Virus record (IMG/VR): IMGVR_UViG_3300012662_000009
Location: 64,001-128,000 of that record
DNA: 64,000 bases
DNA from: a virus
Taxonomy: Duplodnaviria; Caudoviricetes
Reading direction: 5' to 3' (one strand)
In this document: in pieces, positions 59,971 to 64,000 of the stretch
How positions within the stretch are numbered: position 1 is the first letter of the stretch
Layout: each line of letters begins with the position of its first letter
Translations under genes and position numbers: made by a program
Notes under the pieces: model-generated
Database searches by the model: none
The model's input: only the letters and a program-made list of their open reading frames with translations
Told to the model about the DNA's origin: nothing

Positions 59971-60148
59971 GGTTATATAGTTTAATGGAAACAGAATAGA
60001 CTTTGATAAAAGAGAAAAGCAATTCTAATGCTGTTAGAAATTATAAGTTTCTCCATTAGATAACCTTTTCGCAAAGATAATTCTGAAATGCTCCTGATTT
60101 ATCAAACTTTTAGCAGGAGAAATACAAGTTTAAATCTTGTTATAATCA
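59971..60148 (+). ncRNA. tRNA-shaped RNA with ~100-nt hairpin insert in the D-loop and an enlarged anticodon loop
   Basis: GGTTATA/TATAATC-A acceptor, TAGTTTAATGG D-arm start, CTCCTG/CAGGAG stem and ACAAG-TTTAAAT-CTTGT T-arm. Confidence 0.55.
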
Positions 60149-60157
60149 CAAAATAAA

Positions 60158-60258
60158 GACCACAGGTGCGCAACTGGATGGTCAACGTAACTCAATAACA
60201 CTTTAGGCTGTTATTTCTTAATCGTAGGTAAGAGTATGGTGGTAACGAGCAGTTCCAC
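60158..60258 (+). ncRNA. Unassigned structured RNA motif, copy A
   Basis: Hairpin, AACGTAA, CTCAATA stem, TCTTA-ATCGTAGG-TAAGA, 3' hairpin. Same architecture as 60518-60660. Confidence 0.55.
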
Positions 60259-60262
60259 TGAT

Positions 60263-60334
60263 GGTTCTTTAGCTCAATGGTAGAGCAATTGACTGTTAAT
60301 CAATAGGTTATAGGTTCGAGCCCTATAAGAACCG
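60263..60334 (+). tRNA. tRNA-Asn(GTT)
   Basis: GGTTCTT/AAGAACC-G acceptor, ATTGA-CT-GTT-AA-TCAAT and TTCGAG T-loop. Confidence 0.92.
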
Positions 60335-60343
60335 CGGATATAA

Positions 60344-60429
60344 GGAGGAGAAGCAGAATGGATTCATGCACCAATCTTCTAAATTGGCATCTGTAATAGA
60401 TGTTGTGGGTTCGACTCCCACCTCCTTCA
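60344..60429 (+). tRNA. tRNA with TCT anticodon (Arg) and a class II long variable arm
   Basis: GGAGGAG/CTCCTTC-A acceptor, CCAAT-CT-TCT-AA-ATTGG, V-arm CATCT-GTAAT-AGATG and GTGGG-TTCGACT-CCCAC. Confidence 0.8.
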
Positions 60430-60435
60430 CAAAAC

Positions 60436-60507
60436 GCTCCTATAGTATAATGGTTATTACACCTCACTTGTAATGAGGTTATATTGGTTCGATTCCGATT
60501 AGGAGCT
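60436..60507 (+). tRNA. tRNA-Thr(TGT)
   Basis: GCTCCTA/TAGGAGC acceptor and CCTCA-CT-TGT-AA-TGAGG. Confidence 0.92.
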
Positions 60508-60517
60508 CAGGAAAAAA

Positions 60518-60660
60518 GTTCATGGTTGGATCCACCTGGAACAACGTAATACTCAATAGGCCCACTGAGAGGGAAAACTCGAGAAGAACCTCCCATGCAC
60601 ACTTGATTGGTCTGAATCGTAGGTCGGATGGTATAGCTGCACATGCCAGTAATAATGTGC
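60518..60660 (+). ncRNA. Unassigned structured RNA motif, copy B
   Basis: Hairpin, AACGTAA, CTCAATA, TCTGA-ATCGTAGG-TCGGA, GCACAT/ATGTGC hairpin. Lies immediately before the array terminator. Confidence 0.55.
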
Positions 60661-60665
60661 TTGAC

Positions 60666-60702
60666 AAAAAATCCTCTGAAAGAAATTTCGGAGGATTTTT
60701 TG
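60666..60702 (+). terminator. Terminator of the tRNA array
   Basis: AAAAAATCCTCTGAAA-GAAA-TTTCGGAGGATTTTTT. Confidence 0.8.
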
Positions 60703-60709
60703 TGTCCTA

Positions 60710-60749
60710 TACTAAATTTTTTAAAACCATTTGTTATATCAATACATAA
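60710..60749 (+). promoter_or_regulatory. Bipartite promoter-like motif, copy 7
   Basis: TACTAAA-N13-TTTGTTATATCAATACATAA. Confidence 0.65.
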
Positions 60750-60786
60750 AAGAATATATAACTAACGCAGTAAAACCAACAAAGAT

Positions 60787-60957
60787 ATGAAAAAGTTGAT
60801 AATAACAATCGCAATATTAATAGTCCTTTGTAGCACTATAGGTCTTTCTTTTATATGGAAATCTGCACCAGACGTATGTATTCTTGGTAGCTGCATATCT
60901 ATTCTATGTTCTTACTGGTTTTACACCGCTGCTATTGATGCCTCACATGGAGAATAA
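60787..60957 (+). CDS. Small membrane protein (56 aa)
   Basis: MKKLIITIAILIVLC..., two hydrophobic segments. Below the ORF-track cutoff. Confidence 0.5.
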   Translation: MKKLIITIAILIVLCSTIGLSFIWKSAPDVCILGSCISILCSYWFYTAAIDASHGE

Positions 60958-60988
60958 AAGATCTTATTATATATAAAAAAGATCCTTC

Positions 60989-61162
60989 ATGAAGAATCCT
61001 TTCAAACCACAATATAGAATCCTCACTGATAGAAATAGTAGGTTCTGGATACTGCGAAAGAAATGGTATCAAAGTGATTATCACGTATTTACTAAAATGG
61101 GATCTTATAGTAATCTCTTAAAAATCAAAGAAATAATTCATGAGTTGGTTTACGGAAAGTAA
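60989..61162 (+). CDS. Small hypothetical protein (57 aa)
   Basis: MKNPFKPQYRIL...; fills the gap in a + strand run. Confidence 0.45.
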   Translation: MKNPFKPQYRILTDRNSRFWILRKKWYQSDYHVFTKMGSYSNLLKIKEIIHELVYGK

Positions 61163-61357
61163 TAGGATAAGCATTTCTTCGGAGGATTTCTATTAGGACT
61201 CTTTATAAATTTTTGGTTCGCAATCGGTGTTGGTTGGGGAATGGAATTTAAAGATGAGCAATATGGAAATAAATTTGACCTCATAGACTTCGCAATGACC
61301 ACAATAGGAGGTCTTATAGGTTATATGATACAAATCTTTATAATAAAACTCATATGA
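61140..61357 (+). pseudogene. Small membrane protein gene with a 1-nt frameshift near 61170
   Basis: MSWFTESNRI, then in the -1 frame KHFFGGFLLGL...MEFKDEQYGNKFDLIDFAMTTIGG...-TGA, overlapping the next ATG. Confidence 0.5.
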
Positions 61358-61647
61358 ATATCAAAGAACAAATATCAAAACGTCAAGATTTTAATAGAGT
61401 TATCCTTACACGACTTGAAAAGAAATATGGAGATCAATATAAATATCTTTGGCAGCCTATATCACAATGCGTAGAAGGAATACCTCAGCAGAGATTCGGG
61501 CAAATCATATGTAATTATATCCTACCAGATTACAGATGTAGTTTTCCTTCGGAAATCACTCAAAATTTTATGTCACAGATCTTTCCCAATGACCCTGACC
61601 CATTCTATGAAGAATCATATACAACACTAAAACGAATATCACAATGA
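61354..61647 (+). CDS. Hypothetical phage protein
   Basis: P-QRFGQI...DPFYEES motif. Confidence 0.6.
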   Translation: MNIKEQISKRQDFNRVILTRLEKKYGDQYKYLWQPISQCVEGIPQQRFGQIICNYILPDYRCSFPSEITQNFMSQIFPNDPDPFYEESYTTLKRISQ

Positions 61648-61817
61648 AACGGGACATTTTCTTTATAATAATTTTAACAATCCTTTTCTTTATACCTATT
61701 TCATATATACTTTACTCGCTCCTTGATTTTGAAACTATTATAGTATCAGGAGGGGTGCTTGCAATAGCATTAGTGGTATATGAAATATTTCATCAAAAGA
61801 AACTTCGTAAACACTAA
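61644..61817 (+). CDS. Small 2-TM membrane protein
   Basis: ATGA-coupled and hydrophobic. Confidence 0.45.
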   Translation: MKRDIFFIIILTILFFIPISYILYSLLDFETIIVSGGVLAIALVVYEIFHQKKLRKH

Positions 61818-62025
61818 AGTTTTTGGTGCTAAAAGACGTTGTAAAAGATATGGATAGATCGAAGAAATGCATAAGATCGTTAAAGAAATGCAAATTAAGC
61901 GATAGCAGCCGAATCCTATAAATAAAGTCTTAATGTGTTCATATAAGAATTAGAATCATTCATATAATTATTTTTTAGCCTATCATATGATAGGCTTTTT
62001 TATTATATATAAAAAAATTAAAGCA

Positions 62026-62604
62026 ATGTTCAAAATAGCCTCTCACAATTCACTCACATATCTTCCTGTAAAGAATTGGTATTTAATACCCTTTAAGTAC
62101 ATGGCAAGATGCCAATCAAAAGACCTTAAAACTCAATATGAAGAATATAATATAAGATTCTTTGATATAAGAATTAAATTTGATACTAAAGAAGATGCAT
62201 ATTTTGGTCACGGATTAATAACTTATAAAGCTAAAATAGAAGATGTCTTTACATATCTTAATAATAAAGAAGGAGTTACGGTAAGAATCCTCCTTGAAAA
62301 TAAATCAAAAAAATATTATAAAAGATTTAGAGAGTTCTGTGATTACCTTGTAAAAAGATTTCCTCATATAAACTTTATAGGGGGGCGAGACAAACACAAT
62401 TGGGAAATTGTATATAACTTCCCTGGTCATGAGCCTACATATCTTGATAAATATGCTTCCAATAATAAACTCGCTAAGAATTGTTCAGGATGGATCTTAG
62501 ATGATCTCTGTCCGTGGATTTACGCAAAATTATTTAATAAAAAGAATATTCAAAAAGGTACTGATAAAGAATATTTGATGATAGACTTTGTAAATATATC
62601 ATAA
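62026..62604 (+). CDS. PI-PLC X-domain-like phosphodiesterase
   Basis: ASHNS, RCQ--DL-TQ, IRFFDIRI and HG. Confidence 0.7.
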   Translation: MFKIASHNSLTYLPVKNWYLIPFKYMARCQSKDLKTQYEEYNIRFFDIRIKFDTKEDAYFGHGLITYKAKIEDVFTYLNNKEGVTVRILLENKSKKYYKRFREFCDYLVKRFPHINFIGGRDKHNWEIVYNFPGHEPTYLDKYASNNKLAKNCSGWILDDLCPWIYAKLFNKKNIQKGTDKEYLMIDFVNIS

Positions 62605-62621
62605 CATACCTCTATAACACG

Positions 62622-62700
62622 CATAGAAGAGATTTAACAAAGAGAAATAGGCTTAGGTATATAAATCTATATCTAAGCCTATTTTGATCGAAATTTGAGA
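62622..62700. repeat. Dispersed palindromic element, copy D (inverted core TATATAAATCTATA)
   Basis: Flanks match copies B and C, but the core is reverse-complemented. Between convergent genes. Confidence 0.88.
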
Positions 62701-62704
62701 GGTT

Positions 62705-63556
62705 TTACGCGTAATCTTTCATGGAGCGAACTATGTCACTTTCTACATTATTTGTCGCCCAGAGGAGAAGAATAGGATCTCCACCGCGAGTTACCAATTG
62801 TAGGAGGCCTTTGGAGTTAAGATAAAATCCATCAATTCCGTTATCAACCATTTGACTGAACTCTTTAATATGATCAGATATTATGTATCTATTAAGACCA
62901 TGATCTTTCATTTCTTTATAGACATTTTTAAGATATTTAATTACAGGGCCTTTCTCATCTGTAAAAATTATTCTAAACAATTTTTTACCTTCGGATTGTA
63001 TATTACTGAGATCGTAAAAATTTACATTGGAATTTATAATGGATATAAATCTAATCACAGCACTATGATCAATAAATTTTAAATTGAGATTTCGGATGGA
63101 ATTAATCCCTTTTAATTTAAGAATTGACTGTTCATCCATTTTACCAGAAACATTTATATTTATGTTTTTGATATCCTTATTATTTTCTATAAAAGATATT
63201 AGTCCTGCGCCGGGAATATCCTTTTGAGATTTGATAGGATATTCTATATTTATGATTATTACTTTATTCCAGGGTTCTTCTTCTAATTTAATCCATTTCG
63301 GAATCGGATTAAATAATCTTAAACTCCTACCTAAAGAATCTCTAAATGTCCTCTTGATGTCTACCTTTCCTTCAGGATTAATGAAAAAATCATTGGCTAA
63401 TTTCCTATTATCATTGTCCCATAATCCACGAGCATTTATAGGATCTTTGAACCAGTCAATCATAGATTGATTGGGTGTCTTATCCAATAAATCATCTTCT
63501 TTATCGAAAAGAGATTCATTAAAGGATTTTATTATATATTCTTTAATATCTTTCAT
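62705..63556 (-). CDS. Tagged E-(S/G)LFDD family protein
   Basis: MKDIKEYIIKSFNE-SLFDKEDDLLDKTP. Confidence 0.7.
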   Translation of the reverse strand: MKDIKEYIIKSFNESLFDKEDDLLDKTPNQSMIDWFKDPINARGLWDNDNRKLANDFFINPEGKVDIKRTFRDSLGRSLRLFNPIPKWIKLEEEPWNKVIIINIEYPIKSQKDIPGAGLISFIENNKDIKNININVSGKMDEQSILKLKGINSIRNLNLKFIDHSAVIRFISIINSNVNFYDLSNIQSEGKKLFRIIFTDEKGPVIKYLKNVYKEMKDHGLNRYIISDHIKEFSQMVDNGIDGFYLNSKGLLQLVTRGGDPILLLWATNNVESDIVRSMKDYA

Positions 63557-63601
63557 AAATAGAATTTTATAAATAAATAATAACAGATATTAAAAGATTA
63601 T

Positions 63602-64000
63602 CTAATCCTCCTCAGATTCCTTTAACATACTCTTAATAAAATCTTTAGAACCTCTATGGGTGTTTTGATTGACTTCTATTTCCTCATCAGTATTCTTGTC
63701 AAAATTCATTTCTAATTGAAATCCTTTCATCATATTATTAAGACTTGTTACGATCTCACCCATCTTTGTCGTAATTGATATAATAGTTTTTTGAATTTCT
63801 GTAAGGGCTCTATATAAAGAAGCATTATTATTATTCGTTGAAATGGCTTGTAAAATAGCGTCATGAGCCCTTTCATCCGCCTTTCGCATCTTGATAAGAA
63901 CTCTCATAGATTCTAATTCAGAATCTATACGTTTTTTGATGGTAGGATGACTCTTGATAAATTCCTCATCATAATAAAATTGCGAGAGATTATTAATCAT
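63602..64000 (-). CDS. Helical hypothetical protein (probably 5' truncated by window edge)
   Basis: ORF runs to the window end. Confidence 0.5.
   Translation of the reverse strand: MINNLSQFYYDEEFIKSHPTIKKRIDSELESMRVLIKMRKADERAHDAILQAISTNNNNASLYRALTEIQKTIISITTKMGEIVTSLNNMMKGFQLEMNFDKNTDEEIEVNQNTHRGSKDFIKSMLKESEED

Noticed and set aside
59971-60148. tmRNA
   Set aside because: It is too short, lacks the G3-U70 alanine determinant and has no evident tag reading frame.
60344-60429. Reading this tRNA as an amber suppressor (CTA occurs in the loop region)
   Set aside because: The only 5-bp stem with a 7-nt loop (CCAAT/ATTGG) centres TCT. The CTA register does not pair.
60479-60749. ORFs 60479..60667 (-) and 60522..60749 (+)
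   Set aside because: They overlap tRNA-Thr, the structured RNA copy B, the terminator and the promoter motif, so the region is better explained as non-coding.
7163-62700. CRISPR array or IS element explaining the repeats
   Set aside because: Copies are single and kilobases apart, with no spacers, cas genes, transposase or target-site duplications seen.
1-64000. Stop-codon reassignment (TAG to Gln or TGA to Trp) as in some large gut phages
   Set aside because: Long conserved genes are intact under code 11 with dense packing. TAG and TGA end several genes at sensible positions, and no suppressor tRNA was found.

Overview
This AT-rich window comes from a large T4-like (myovirus-type, probably jumbo) bacteriophage that uses the standard genetic code. 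The host is probably a gut Bacteroidota; this is inferred from a Bacteroidota-style lipoprotein signal, A/T-rich leaders without obvious Shine-Dalgarno sites and anaerobic nrdDG. Virion genes include a gp23-like major capsid protein, gp15-, gp5- and tube-like tail genes, a fibre gene cluster and two amidases. DNA and expression genes include UvsW, a gp47-like nuclease, a DnaQ-like exonuclease, a dNMP kinase, nrdD/nrdG, three sigma-like genes and an S1-domain protein. A dispersed 7-deazaguanine DNA-modification set is present: folE2, queD, queE, intein-containing queC, a TGT/DpdA-like gene and an ArcS/DUF5591-like gene. Four signals stand out. (1) About ten otherwise unrelated ORFs start with a T4 internal-protein-like capsid-targeting peptide (M-K-x-h-x-x-F/Y-I-x-E), suggesting a virion-delivered effector cargo; one paralog family exists both with the tag and without it. 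(2) The tRNA array holds a tRNA-Leu(UAA) split by a group I intron with an HNH gene, a long-variable-arm tRNA with anticodon UCU, a 178-nt tRNA-shaped RNA with large inserts, and two covarying copies of an unrecognised structured RNA. (3) A ~90-bp dispersed palindromic element occurs five times with fixed flanks but a core in both orientations. (4) A seven-copy bipartite promoter-like motif is present. All family calls come from reading motifs by eye; no database searches were run.
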